In this document: positions 10,236 to 24,045 of the stretch, piece after piece
How positions within the stretch are numbered: the first letter of the stretch is position 1
How the letters are laid out: every line of letters starts with the position of its first letter
Assembly (NCBI RefSeq): GCF_022045235.1
Contig: NW_027266270.1
Coordinates: 35,092,001 to 35,156,000, forward strand
Source: Haliotis cracherodii
Lineage: Eukaryota
Direction of reading: 5' to 3'
Length of the DNA stretch: 64,000 bases
Notes under the pieces: model-generated
Seen by the model: the letters and a program-made list of their open reading frames with translations, nothing else
Told to the model about the DNA's origin: nothing
Database searches by the model: none
Translations under genes and position numbers: made by a program

Positions 10236-13118
10236 CCTGTTAACCATGATTCAGGGATTTCACCAGTTTAAAGAATTCAGTATGTAAAGGGGCTAATGAA
10301 TCGACACGGTTAATGATAAAGTCGTTTTCTGCATTATCGAGACGTGCTGCTTTGTTCCGTTTTAAGTTTCTTTGCTGCCTTGATAATTTCATCGGTATTG
10401 ATATCATAATTCAAAATATTGCAGTCACTTACATTCCCGTCTAAAATCTAATCATTAAAATCATCTTCGTCTTGTTTGGGGTTCTGGTTTATTTTGTTGT
10501 TGAAAAATTCGAAGAAGCTAGCAATATCCGGTATATTTTTCTTTCCTGTTTACGTTGTTTATTTAAAATTTTCCAAAATACTTTTGGCTAATGTTTGATA
10601 TTTTTGCGAATATTATATTAAGTTCAGTCAATTTGTTATTAAAATTTCGAATATGCTTGTCTAGCATTGTTTATAACCTTTCCAGTTCTGTCGGTAGAAA
10701 CTTAATGTTTTATTTTTCTTGAAACGACGTTTGCCTTTTCGCATTCATTTCCGAACCATGGTTTATCAGTGAATAATAGAACATCCGTTGTGAACAGCAG
10801 ATGCAGCTGAGTTATCAAATTGTCCTGAAAGGTTAGTCCTATTGCTATATCTAGATTTTTTACCCCAGGGGCTAGAGTCTATACCAGGATCAGAGTCTTG
10901 TAAGCATGGGGTGTGAAAAATACCAGAATAGGCACACGTGAACCGTCACATTCCTATGCTTGACTAGATTGTTTTCGGGGAGTCCTGTATGGTGGTGGGG
11001 TGTGAACATCCTGAAGCACTCTGTTGATGTACAGCTTATAAACCACAAGGTAAGCCTGCTTACCCTTCTGTCGAGCCTCTCTCAAAAGTGGCATCAGCAT
11101 TTCTCGCCTATACTGATAGAAAACGACAGTAAATGGGTTTACCCTTCAATTTATTCGCTGCTGTCTTTACCAGATTTCATTCCCCCGTGTAGATAAAAAC
11201 TTTGCTATCAGGACACGGGGCCAGACAGATCTCCAGCATGTCATGGGGGTCGGGGCCTGCCTACTCTGTGGACTGGTATACATTTCATGTTTTCGGCTTC
11301 TAAATCCAAATGTTCTTTAATGAAGTCTTTCCAAAAATGCTCCCAATGTTCAAGAGTCGCCTCCGGTTCCTTTTGTGTTCCGGTTGAAATGTGTACTTGT
11401 GCGCTTCCATCTTATATAATTCTATCCGGTATTTAAGAACACGCAGCTGGCTATGTACATATATGCTACAGCAACCAGTTAAGTACTGCCTTATTTGACG
11501 CAAATTTACCAATGCATACAAATCGCTTACTAGCGATGGTCTTATAAGCCATGGACAAATTTAGTCCTGGCGACATAATGAATCCTTATTATTTATATTA
11601 ACTGGCAACTTATAAATGTTCACCAGAAATCCAATTTTCATGCCTCGACACAATTCCTTGATTCTAAAAAATAATACCATTGGTTTTCTCAAGGTTTACC
11701 TCTGAACCCCTCTTAAACAGAAGGACCGCAATATATTAAGCTGTATCTGCAAGCCTACCACATAGAGTTGGACACCAGAACAACATCATCAGCAATAGCA
11801 TAATATCTATAATGTCTTGTGTCACTAACTCTGAATTGGCCAAGACTTTGTTGTAGAATATTTCTGCCTGATTCCTGATTTGTATAACAATGATGTAGTA
11901 GATTCCGTGTACTATATCTAATACTCTTTCATGTTGTTTGTAAAATAAAACATCGTGCCATATTCTATCGAATTTTATATCAGAAAGCATCATAGATTGC
12001 CTTTATATTTAACATTGAATGCCTTCTATCAAAGTAAATGATATGACAAAATCTTTAAAAAATGACATAATAGCTACGTGTTTTTAAAAAAACTTTTTCA
12101 AAAAACAAACCTGTAGCATACCAGGAAAGCCTGGATAAGCCTTTGTCGTTTATATATGTTTTAGTATGTAATCTATACAGCCATGTTCCAATTTATTTGC
12201 TTAAACTGATGTAATTATTTATAACAATTAATATCTGTAGTACTGTGTGTATTCCATTTCATATATATATGTATTGCAATCACTGTAAAGTTATGTACTA
12301 ATTATGTGTTGACTCTGTTCCTGTAAACTTTGGAACGCACAAGTTTCTCCTCTACATATTCTTACTTCTACTTTAAGGACTAGTTACCTTGAGACAAGCG
12401 CGATCTCAAAAGGATGACATCCCATTTGATGATGATCATTCAAGTATGTACATAACGGAATCTACCCCGACTACATTCGAGATAGCTTCAATGGCTGGCA
12501 TTCCTAAAGAAATCCTAGGCTCAGGCATTTTATCAAAGGCCCCAATCTTCACATTCTAAACACTCATGCATAATTAAATGACCCCGTCCTCATTGTGACA
12601 TCACGCATGTCTATTAGCATAACACTAGACTCATGAATATTCATAGGGCACTTGCAATGAACTACTCAAACAATGCACTACACTGACTAGTTCACTTTGA
12701 TATGGCCCATAGTTGAAAGTTCTCAGGCTCAGAACATATTTACCAGTCCTCGTATTTCTGAGCATTTTCTTTTTTAACTATTATATAGTCGATCTCTACA
12801 AGGCAAAATATCGGTACGAAATGGTACGAATGGAACACATCTAAATGATACACCATAAATGACACCAGGTGTTCGCGAAAAGGGTAACTATGTCAATCAA
12901 TACGGGTAGCACCCACCACTCAAACCATTTGTACAAATAAATGTTTGCATTACCAACATCATACTATAAACTACTGGTTTGCCCTTTTTACTACATTCGC
13001 TATGAATAATGCGACAAGAAAAATATAAACAAACATGCAGTAACTAAAAATATCAAATCAGCAGTTAACCTGCAGCAAGTCGTCCTTTCTGTAGTATATT
13101 TGCTTCTTTTTCAGCAGA

Positions 13119-16100
13119 ATGAAGGGAACCTACAAAGGGCATATCACAGTTATAGTCCTAGTCCTCATGATTTGGACTGTAAAGGAGTATGCTAATTCAA
13201 ACTACTGGACTCGAATGGACACAAATGACTTCATTCCCCCAGCAAAGTACCCTGGTGTGTCAGCTGAGAGTCCTCGGTGCCCGGATGTGAAGACAGGGAT
13301 GATGAGAGGGAGATGGAGGCCTCGTATTCTGACAGCACAAGAGAAAGTAGACATACATGTAGGCTCATTTCTCAAGTCAGCCCGACATCGTACCCCAAAG
13401 CCAATGCAGAGAAGCGACGGAAAATGTGGGAACGTGGCATATGAAAACGTTTACTACATACGTGCGCTGTGTAACCCGGCAGGTCCTACGCCATGTTGCT
13501 ATGGCGATACGTGCATCAACAAGACCCCGGATGACTGTAAATGTCCGAACTGTTACGATCTTCGTACTGAGATTCATGCAGAGTACTCTACGTGGGAGCC
13601 CGAAGACTCCCGATGTCAGGTGAAGAACTTCACATCTCAGCAGGCATGTGTTCTACTGGAAGGGCTAACAATAGCCTTTGTAGGAAATTCTTTTGTGCGC
13701 CACGTGTACACGGCGCTGCTGTTGTTGATGACCAACTATGATATTAATGGTGCCTTCATTGCTGGTAAACCAAAAGGTATGTATATACTTGCCATACTGA
13801 AAATATATGTTGCAAGTGGCGAGGGACGGGGAACTTGACATTCTTTGTGGGCTTGGTGTGGTGGGTTGGTTGGTTGGATTGATGTTTTACGCCGCACTCA
13901 GCAATATTCCAGCTATATGACGGCAGTCTGTGTAAATAATCGAGGCTGGACCAGACAATCCAGTGGGATGGATTGGGGTCGATGACATGCATCAACCAAG
14001 TCAGCGAGCCTGACCACCCGATCCCGTTAGTCACCTTTTTTATGGCAAGCATGGGTTGCTGAAGACCTTATCTACCCCGGGATCTTCACGGGTCTGGTGA
14101 GGTGGAATGCAGGGAGTTTTGTATGGCGTGAGTGAGTTTGATTTTACGCCGCTTTTAGCAATTATTCCAGCAATATCACGGCGGTTTTGTATGGAGACTA
14201 GATGTATTTTATATGGGTCTTAGTATGTTACAAAAGAAACACAGCAATATTCATGGCAGCCTCAATCTTTATTTTTCAACAATCTGAAGCATTATTATTT
14301 TAAATTGTTTCATATGCATTTCTTAGAAGTTGACGGATGGCAAAGTAGACATGGATAACAATTTCTTTATTTTTACTGTAAAGGCGACGTTTCGGTATAG
14401 GTCGTTGTCAAGGCTGAATAATGCTGCGACTGCTGCTAATGTATAGAGAATCTCACCCGAGTGTCTTTTGATATCAACTATATCAACACGAGTTGATAAA
14501 AGTGGGAAAACTTGCCGAGGATTTTTTTCCACTTTTATCAACGAGTGTTGATATAGTTGATATCAAAAGACACCAGGGTGAGATCATCGAACATCATTCT
14601 GTCATTTCAGTTTGTAGAAAGAAATAAGCAGTGTCTTAAGTGTTAAAAGTACTGCTAACAGCTTCAGTAGCAGAGCCATTAGTGATGTCATTTGATTGTG
14701 ACGTCATGGTAACCAATGACAATGTCCTGCAAAGCATTGTGATGCAATTTCATTGCAGCGATATCTACAGTATAGATATCGCTTGATCTCACCCAAGCGA
14801 TATCTCCCGTGCACGTGGGAGCCAGTTTTGGATGATAAATAGTCTTTACGACCGCTTCAGAAACAATGCCTGAGCGTTGCAGGTCTTGTGTTGTGGTATA
14901 TTTGTTTGATTAGTTTATATGTTGGGTTTTGATTTGAGTTTGGTAGTTGAGGCTTATTTGGTTTCGCCTGAGGGGGATTGATGTTATTTATGGCTGATTG
15001 TAGGAGAATGTTATTAAGGGAGGTACTAGTTCTTGTACACAGGGCTTTTTCAAGGGCTTTGTATTGGATTGACATTAGTTATTGGAGTTTTCAGCAGATA
15101 GGGTGTGGCGGACTGGAGCGGCGAAGTCCAGTTTGGTCTGTATACGGGTTTTGTATGTGTTTTGTTTGTCCGCACGCCAGTCGGTGCGCTGATACATGTA
15201 TCTCTCACGATTTATGTCATGTTGACAGGAATTGACCAAGTTAGAACTGTGTGGTGCCCAAGTTACGTGTAGGTCGAAATTACTTCTAAACATATTGCTT
15301 CTTTTTGGTGTGTGGTTGGATCATTTATCAAGCTGTAGTTAGGGTGATGGATTTGGCATGAAGGGTGTTTTATGTAGAAGAGGTCCAGAAGGAGATGTCG
15401 TCAGCGAATTTTGCTGTTGATATGGTTCATAACATAGTTATACATAGCTTTGTGCCAACCTCAATAACTGACGGAACATACTCCTACAAGCAAATCTCTC
15501 CGTATTTCCATTTCGGTATTTCCTTGTTTTCTTGTTTAACGCATAAATGTCAAGTCATCATTTCTAAGTAAACAGTGTTCTATTAGAAGGTCGTCTTTGT
15601 ACAAGAAATTGTCGTATTTCTGTCATATGTTTGTAAATGCAGGCTTCAGAAGGGTCAGGTGACAGGTCAAGGTACAGGGACAGTGGGAAAGTCGAGTAGT
15701 AACAGGGTCGGCTATTCATGTCAAAGACTTCATTGCCCACGTGGACATGTTATGTAAAAATCTATTCTTGATGCTTCCCGCCGTATCATGAGAGGAAATT
15801 GCGGTTTAAAACCAAACACACTCTGCGTCTCCCCGAACGCGAAACATGACCTATTAGTATAAACCCTGTTTGTCAAGTAACAATATTTATTCTGATTCTA
15901 TTTCAGACATCCTTTGCAACGGAATGTACGGATTCTCGGATGCACTATGTAGGAAAAGGCTCAAGAGACAAGTAACTCTCTGTGGCGGGAGTGTGACTGT
16001 CAAAATGTTGGAATACAATCGAGCCTTGGTGGCGACACAATTCCATAAGGATTTCCGTTCATTTCTCCATAAAAAGAAAACAATGGTTCTAGTTGGTATT

Positions 16101-16457
16101 GGGATCCACGATCATTTTAAATTTGAAAGCGTGTTTAATGAATATATGTATCCCGTTATTGACATGATGAGAAAGAGCAAAGCTTCATGGCCAAAGATGA
16201 TCTGGTTTTCCAATCACAAATTTGGTATCCTGAAATCTCCAAAGATGCCAACACAAAGTAATAGTCGCGTAGCAGCCTTCAACAAACGTATGTCTGAGGC
16301 TTTGGGAAAGTATCATGTACCCATTTTTGACACTTATAATTTAACATCGGATGTGTCGAGTTCGGACGGGGCTCATTTTGGTATGGGTGTAAATGTCATG
16401 AAATCGCAACTGCTTCTGAACTATTTGTTGGAAATGAAATCAAAACGTTATTCGTGA
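13119..16457 (+). CDS. Type II membrane SGNH/PC-esterase (NXPE-like) protein, 402 aa; join(13119..13776,15907..16457)
   Basis: N-terminal TM segment (ITVIVLVLMIWTV), a Cys-rich module, block I-like IAFVGNSFVRH and C-terminal DGAH (DxxH). The donor AAAG|GTATGT (phase 1) and acceptor TTTCAG|AC rebuild a GAC codon in frame; total 1209 nt. Confidence 0.85.
13863..14095 (-). mobile_element. SINE-like family B copy (intronic)
   Basis: Homologous to 8546-8804 and flanked by TGGTGTGGTGG/TGGTGAGGTGG TSD-like repeats. Confidence 0.85.
14450..14584. repeat. Long hairpin (~55-bp arms), probably part of a MITE extending to ~14843
   Basis: ATCTCACCC...GTGTCTTTTGATATCAACTATATCAACAC..GTTGATAAAAGTGG followed by its reverse complement after a ~22-nt loop. 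Confidence 0.85.
14860..15425 (-). pseudogene. Degenerate I-clade LINE RT fragment (intronic)
   Basis: TAKFADDISFW near 15390-15420 and SIQYKAL near 15050-15075 match the equivalent motifs of the 2885-5420 ORF. Confidence 0.65.
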
Positions 16458-17202
16458 ACCAAAAAACTAAACATGACTTGTGTTAATACTTGATTCTGAT
16501 CGGTTAATGAAGTCAATCAGAGATATACAATCACGTTATACGGGTCTCTGATGAGCGGCTGCGCAAATATATATTTTACGGTAATGTACTATTTTCGTTT
16601 GCCCACCAACATGACGACACAGTCTACCGACACGACGATGGAGTACGGCGATTTGGCTGTAAGCAATTACACACTTTTTCGAAGATGGATATAGTGATGA
16701 TGAGCTCAAGTCATTACTTGCAAATTATAGATTTAGGTGATTATAAAAGTGAATTACTGCACTATTAAAAGCAGAGAAAACAATATTCAGTCGAACTTGG
16801 TTAAAGGATCGTCTGCTTTCCTAAAGATTCAGCAAGAATAATTTTTTTGTTAATTCCAAATCATGGCAAAATAGATGAAGCTTTTGATTGTGAAACAAAT
16901 TACACATTTAGTTAAAATTATTATCAGATTTCGTTGAGGGTATGGCTGATTATGACCCGTTATGACATCGACATCGACATCGAACACCAAGAAAAAGCCC
17001 TCAGTCCCAATAAACATGGACACTTTTGGTAATAATTGAAACACAACCATATATTTAGGAGCAAAAGGTTTTTTTCAAATTAGCGGTAGTATGACATTAA
17101 TATAATTATAAATGTCCTTCAAAAGCATACCGATTTAAGGCCCTACATGATATATTTTCTATAATTTTATTTACAACACTAGATTCAGTCATGATCCCAT
17201 TG

Positions 17203-17462
17203 TTATTTGTTTCTTTTTTAACGCCGAACACAGCAATATTCCAGCTATATGACGGCTGTCTGTATATAATCGAGTCTGGACCAGACAATTCAGTGATTGG
17301 CATCATGGGTACGATCCACGCAACTGATGCGATGACATGCATCAACCAAGTCAGTGAGCCGGACCCCCCGATCCCGTTAGTCGCTTTTACCACAAGCAGA
17401 GTCGCGTTTTTCGGCAAGAATGGGTTGATGAATATCTATTCTACCCCGGATCTTAACGGGTC
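17203..17462 (-). mobile_element. SINE-like family B copy
   Basis: Homologous to the other family B copies; TSD-like ATCCCATTG on both sides. Confidence 0.85.
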
Positions 17463-17635
17463 TATCCCATTGATAGATAACATTGCTTGAACTACCGTTT
17501 TCTGACGTACATTAATTTGTTTATGATTGATAATAAGTTAAAACATATTCCGGACAGATATTTGATTTTGATTTAAACATATTTATTCACAAGGAGTGAA
17601 CGGGAGAGAGAGAGAGACATTGTTGAATGAACAGT

Positions 17636-18620
17636 TCTTTACACAAATCTTTTAGTTGTACATATATAATGTTGTACTGCCTTAAATATAGCTTCATTTT
17701 CTGTAACAGCGTGATCTGCATTGCCGTGTAACAGTAAGTGTACATCAATAGGTATGTTATGAACAATATGTTTAAGGCTGTTTAACATAATTTCACGCTG
17801 ATGACTAAACAATGGACATTCCATGAGATAATGATATGCATTTTCACATGTATTCGAACATGTACAGTTCGGGTGATCTTTTATACCAATTCTATATAAA
17901 TCATAATTCAACTGACTGCACATGTATCTCAGTTTTGTGTGTAAGATATTATATTTTCTTTTTCCATAAGCGAAGTACGCAGGTGACGTGGGGTGGTGCT
18001 TTTGTAGCGATTTTTTAAAACAAGAAATCGTAGAATTTCGATCTGATAACGGAATAGAGTTCCACAATCGGATAGACGATGGGTAAAAGGATTCACATGT
18101 CTTAGTCTTGTGACAGGAACACTGATGTTTTCAGAGTTTCTGAGACTGTATGGGTTTTTTGCTGCAACCGTTTTGGGTAGAATATCTGTTAGATAGGAAG
18201 GGGCCATGTTATGATTAATTTTGAAGAAAAGACAAAGTTTACGTTTCTTTCTACGCTCAACTAAGGTTTCCCAACCGGTTTCGTAATATAATGAATGCCT
18301 GGGGGCATATTTAGGTAGACCAGTTACAATGCGTGCAGCTTCTAATTGTAATTGTTCTAATTTTTCACTTTGTCCTTCGGTGCAACCATCCCAAACCTCA
18401 CATGCGTATTCAAAGTGTGGTCTTATGAACATTTTATATATATTGTTAATAGTATTTCTGTGAAGTAGATGTTTGAGTTTTCTCATTGAGTAAATCATCT
18501 TGGAAGCTGTTTTAATTATGGTATCTATATGACAAGACCATTTGCCACCGGCTTCAAGTGTAACACCCAAGTGCTTATGACTGTTTACAGAGCTGATTTC
18601 TTTTCCGTTAAAATATATAT
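17636..18620 (-). pseudogene. CR1-group LINE ORF2 3' fragment, frameshifted
   Basis: HKHLGVTL, IRPHFEYACEVWD, LEQLQLEAARIVTG, APSYL, WNSIP and CTC...ENAYHYLMEC, spread across ORFs 17929..18699 and 17639..18067. Confidence 0.85.
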
Positions 18621-19249
18621 ACCAAGAGTATCTTACTACAAAGTCGCAATCTCCTCGGTATCTCCAGGTAGAACAGAACGTGTGTATTACATAAATCACC
18701 AGCTGTTGCAGACGGATCCATTTTTTCCGCTGTCAGGCATTTCAAGAAAATATGTAATTGTATACAAAAGTATAGTGTTTGTCAAATACAATCTCTTTTC
18801 AATGTCCACTTTGTACATCAAGCTTTAAAGAAATGTCATGCTTATCGATATGTATAGTATACAAGAAACTAAGATCTACAATAACTAAGGAGACTTAATA
18901 GGCAATAGTTCAAGCCAATAGTAATTTCATAAGTATGTCTTAGTTTGCTTTTGTACCCCCATTTAGGTTTACAGATATAGAGAAGGTTCAGGGACGCGAA
19001 CAAATGGGGCGATAAGCCCTTCATCTCCGTGACATATACATGTATGAATGAGTTTCCCTTCACACATTGTACTGGTGTGAGATAGTGAACCTGGTAGGTT
19101 AGGGTATGATGTATTCAAACCTTGAGGTTTGCGATGGGACTCAAAGCTCAAGGTGAAGCTGAAAGCGTTGATTCCCAGCCGACCGAAGTGAGGTCGCTGA
19201 CCATCTTACTGCAAGTAAAAATAACAGAAACCGGTAAACTGTCTCATCA

Positions 19250-19540
19250 ATTTCATATTTAGATCTATTAATAATGATTCAGAGTGACAAAAATGACTTC
19301 AACATTCCAAAAGGCAACGTTCCCTTTATGACCCGCTACTCCAGCCTTTGTGGTATGTAATCGAGCATTCTCTTACTATGAAAATTTCAAAGAACACCTT
19401 TGACTCTTCCTTCAACGTTGTTGAATCACGCTGGCAACATTCAATGCATCAGTAAAGCTTTCAAAAGGCTTTGTGGTAGACATGTGGAGGACATTTCAAA
19501 TTTGGCATATCAGTGACAAAGATCATGACACGTACTATAT
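19250..19540 (+). mobile_element. Penelope-like RT remnant; related pieces at ~22135-22300 and ~30390-30620
   Basis: Degenerate SYLDL, DxxDFNxxxxNxPF, PAFGVYISQL and FYGRH motifs. All three pieces share GGTAGACATGTGG(A/G)GGACA. Confidence 0.55.
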
Positions 19541-20676
19541 GTTCCCGTGTTTTTGCAGGTGAACAATTGGTTCCCTTAGCATATTCTGGGACGGGTGCTA
19601 CCGATGGGGGTCACGGGTCACGGGTCAAGATTCGTGTTTTGATTTCTTATGATTATGGAATATATTTTGTCGCTTTTATTGACACAACATGGCCATGGGT
19701 TTGCCAAACAATGACAAGTGAAAACCATGTAATACATAATGCACATATAGTCTTCTTTGTATGCCAGATGCATTCTACAGCACTGGATGCACAGATCAAG
19801 GATCTACACCTCCTGCTTTACTGAAAGAGTATTGTGGAAAATCATTCAACATTTATGCAATAAATGTCATGAATATCAATAATGAAAATGTTGTTATATT
19901 TCACCCCATTTAAGTATTAAACGAATATTGTTTTATTGATTCCTCTTCTTTAAAAATAACCAATTATGCATTTTCTTTCATTTCTGCAATAGGTTAAAGA
20001 CAGTGTTAAATGTCAGTTCAATGCGCTTTGGACCAAATATTAATAAAGATTGTTATACGTCTGAATATTTTTATTATTTGTTATATGTTTCGCAAATTTG
20101 TATGTTTTCCTTATTTGAACACCATGCACTGGTAGGCATTGTCAAATGTGAAGCTCGCTAACTTCTGATGAACAATATTTAAAACGTTTTAGTCGGGATA
20201 ATAAATGATATCATTGCAGTGTTATATGTTGCATTGTTAAAATAATAACACTTTTTAATAGGTTTATTTGTGTGTAGTATTAAAAATGTACCATTGGCGC
20301 TTGTTGGGAGCACCTTTCTTTTATGTGTGCATTAGCGTTTTCAGTGTGATTTCCATATTTGGTTTATTTATAAACTACTCAGGTTTGGGGTAAGGGGCAA
20401 CAGATAACTGTTGAAGTTGCTGACAGGATAACGTTGTTTGTGTTGGAGTAGAAGTTCATCATTACGTTGTAATGATAGTATTTACATACTACATTAAACG
20501 ATTTCTATTTCACCAAATCTCACGATCTTTGTCGATCTGTTTCGTTATGCATATAAATCGGAATTTCTGCTCAGGTTGACAAAATCAAAACACGACCAAG
20601 AAGTTAAATCTTATGTAAAATGCTGTTCTGACAAAGTTCAATGTTGGTCAAATAGCTATTCCATTCACCTGAAATA

Positions 20677-22105
20677 AACTAGTGTCCAAAAGAAACGATA
20701 CCAACTTATTTTCAAAATTGTTTTTTACTAAGTGAATTGTCTAGTATGAAAACATGTCAATTCGTATTGCACATCCCAAACACAGCACAGTCGATAAAAA
20801 ATACCGGGAACATGTGATCACTTCCGGGACAAAACATAAATTTCGTGAAAGTGACATTTCCCTCTCTAGCATGTTCTGCACGTGCATAAAAACTGTATAA
20901 AACCGCTGATCAGACACGTTGATATCACAGCAACAAAAAGAACACAAGATATGACACGTTTGACAGCCATCGAGAGAGAGAGAGCCGTTGGAATGGTCCA
21001 ACAAGGAGCGTCACACGTCGACGTCGCCAGAAGGTTGGGCTGCGCACGCATCACTATCACCAGGTTGATGCAGCGGTTACGTCAGACAGGTCAGACGTCA
21101 GACAGGCCCACGAGTAACCAGGGACACAGGATCAGTCGACAGACCGTCTACAGGAGACTACGGCAGTATCCGGCCACGTCGTTCCTACCGCGGACCGCTC
21201 CTGACGCCTCGACACCGGAACAACAGACTGATCTGGGCCAGGCGAGTTCGACGTTGGCAACGGCGGGACTGGGCAGGTGTTATGTTCTCTGAGAGCAGAT
21301 TCCTCATCTTCAGAAACGATGGACGGCAGCTTGTATACCGACGATTTGGTGAACGTTTGGCGCCTAACTGTATCCAACAGGTCCGGCCGTTTGGAGGTGG
21401 AGGGTTAATGGCATATGTGGTGACGTCAAAACGATGCTTGTCGTAATTCGTGGAAACCTGAATGCACAGCGTTATCTTGATGACATCCTACGGCCTGCTG
21501 TGGTGCCCTTTATTCAGCAACAGCCTCGTGGACTCCTTTTCCAACATGACAATGCAAGGCCACACACAGCAAGATTGACACAGAACTTCCTTGCCAACGC
21601 CAACGTACAGGTTTTGCCATGGCCCGCCTGTTCACCGGACATGAATCCCATCGAGCACTTATGGGACCACCTCGATCGGCAAATCCGACGTCGCCGTGTG
21701 CCTCCAGTCAACGTCCAGGACTTGGAACGATGTCTTCTCGAGGAATGGCAACGCATCACTCCCAACGTCATCAGACGTTTGACGTCATCAGTCCGTAGGC
21801 GTGTTCTGGCATGTATTGATGCTCACGGTGGACATACCCGCTACTGACTTGACTTTGAGACGTGTTGTGTGACATTTGCCGTTGTTTCTGTGATCAGTGC
21901 TCTAACGAAATGTTCATTTTTCGACCCCACCCATCTTTAAAGGCTTGTCATATTGGTTGTACAGATTTTATTGAAATGAAATTTTTGTACAGATGTTGTG
22001 AAAGGATTTTTCAAAAGCATAACACCAATCCTAAACTTCTGCATTGTTTAGTTTTTCTTTTATGTCGTTGCAAACAGGTGGTATCGTTTCTTTTGGACAC
22101 TAGTT
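20677..22105 (+). mobile_element. Tc1-like (DD34E) DNA transposon, defective
   Basis: TIRs AACTAGTGTCCAAAAGAAACGATACC / GGTATCGTTTCTTTTGGACACTAGTT with TA on both flanks. The transposase runs from 20951 (HTH) to 21847 (FQHDNARPH, SPDMNPIEHLW, GGHTRY) with a deletion and frameshifts. Confidence 0.93.
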
Positions 22106-23400
22106 TATATATAAGTTAGACCAGCGTAACCGCCTTACCTGTTTCATATTTAGATCTGTTCGTTCAAATTGTCGTTATACGAATCTTGTTCAAAAGTTAT
22201 TGACCAGGGATATAACATTCTAGTCCTTAGTAAAGCTTCCAAACGTTTTACGGTAGACATGTGGGGACATGTCCAAATCTGACGCATCAGTGACAGTCGG
22301 ATGAAATTCCCTATTTTGACTTGTACCAGATGTGCTCGTGTTTGTTCAGATGAACACTTAAATTGCCTTAATATGTGTTTGTGAATGGTACCGCCGGTGG
22401 GACAGGATACGCCAACCTGGTATCATCACACATGCTTATGCTATTGCCGGATTCGTATTATGAGAGATTTCTTTTGATTATGGACAATTTTATCTCTTAC
22501 ATTTCGGTACAATATATGTGTATGCACCTTTGTTCAAATGGATAAATATTACATGGTTCATGCACTCTCATTCTAAAACTCTCATTCATTTAAAACATTC
22601 TAATCATGCCTTTTTGAAGACATCAAACGAAAAATATATTAGAATTATTTTATTCTGCTTCTATTAGGAAAATAATTTGATATACATCTAAAAACGTTCA
22701 TCCTAAACTGAAAGGGGGAACAAAGCCGTCACACCAACCCTGCTATCAACTCAAATGAAACACTACATCCAATAAGCTGCACATGTGAAATTCAAAACAT
22801 GTACGTGATTTTTTGGTCTGTAATGTACCCTCCAAACCCAGGTGAATATGTCTTGTTACCTTGTTTATATCTGCCACTTGGAAATATAAATAATCATAGA
22901 TTGCTGAAAGATAACTATTTGGCTGAAGATGAGTGAAAATGTTTTGATGTCACGCGCATTCATTGAACGTTCGACAGTTACCTGCAGGGATGTAGGCGAA
23001 ATACTGTCTAAATCAACTTTGTTTCTACTAATTCATGTGAAGTTCCACAGCCTCTGCACTACACTCCATACTTCTTAATCGACAACTGAAGAGCTAACAT
23101 TTACTCGTCTGAGACAATCTTACAGTTCCCTTAACGCAGATCTCTTCAAAGTAAATGTATCTGAAACTTTGTCCTGCTCTTTTGGAAATGTGAAACCAAC
23201 ATTCACTTCATTCTTGCTCACATTATAACAGCTGGAGCTACATGTACATACAAAATATTATCTACGGTGATGAATCTCTTGCCGAAGGTCACAATAATCT
23301 CATTTCAACAGCGTTGTGTTACATGTATGCGTCGTATCGTCCAGTGAAACCGCCTCTTCTGTATCATATTTATATTAGATCTATGCATTATCAAACATAT

Positions 23401-23602
23401 CAGTGTATTCGACATGAAGTGTGCCAAACATATAGGCACTCTTTATCCTAGTGCATTCATGTTTTAAAAGTTTAAGTGTTTTGCTTTATGGCAGTGTATT
23501 CGACATGAGATGTGCCAAACATATAGGCACTCTTTATCCTAGTGGCTTGTAGTTTTTCAGTGCATTCATGTTTTAATAGTTTAAGTGTTTTGCTTTATGG
23601 CA
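23401..23602. repeat. Tandem duplication of ~91 bp; the second copy has a short insertion
   Basis: CAGTGTATTCGACATGA...GCTTTATGG occurs twice. Confidence 0.85.
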
Positions 23603-24045
23603 CGAAGTAAATTACTTTTGTTGGGCTGAGTTATTTCATTTGAGGTAATCCTCGCGCCTTTACAGTTGGCGTTAACCATGGTTATGTTACTCACATTTGT
23701 GTCTTTGATAATTTGTTCTACCAATACAAGCACATTATAGCCAAAACATTATTGTGAAATATGTTCTTCATTTACAAAGCTCTTAGCATCTTCATGTCAA
23801 AAGGGATATCCTGAGTGGGTTTGAACGGTAATTTCAGTTATGCCATGGCGCGTGAGCATGATGGAAAGTAACTGACCTAATATGGTGAAACCCACAAGCA
23901 TTGGTATAGTTTCGAACCCGCGATTGTAGGTCTCTGACAAGCTTAACGGCGCAATTGCAAGGCCTAAGACGACTGGGCCTGGCGTGCCCTCTCATCAAGA
24001 TGAAACGGAGGAGTGTCTGTTTATGAAAACGACACCGACTATAAA

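Noticed and set aside
13777-13838. C-terminal extension of ORF 13119..13838 and N-terminal part of ORF 15870..16457
   Set aside because: Intronic read-through; canonical in-phase splice sites at 13776 and 15907 join the two exons.
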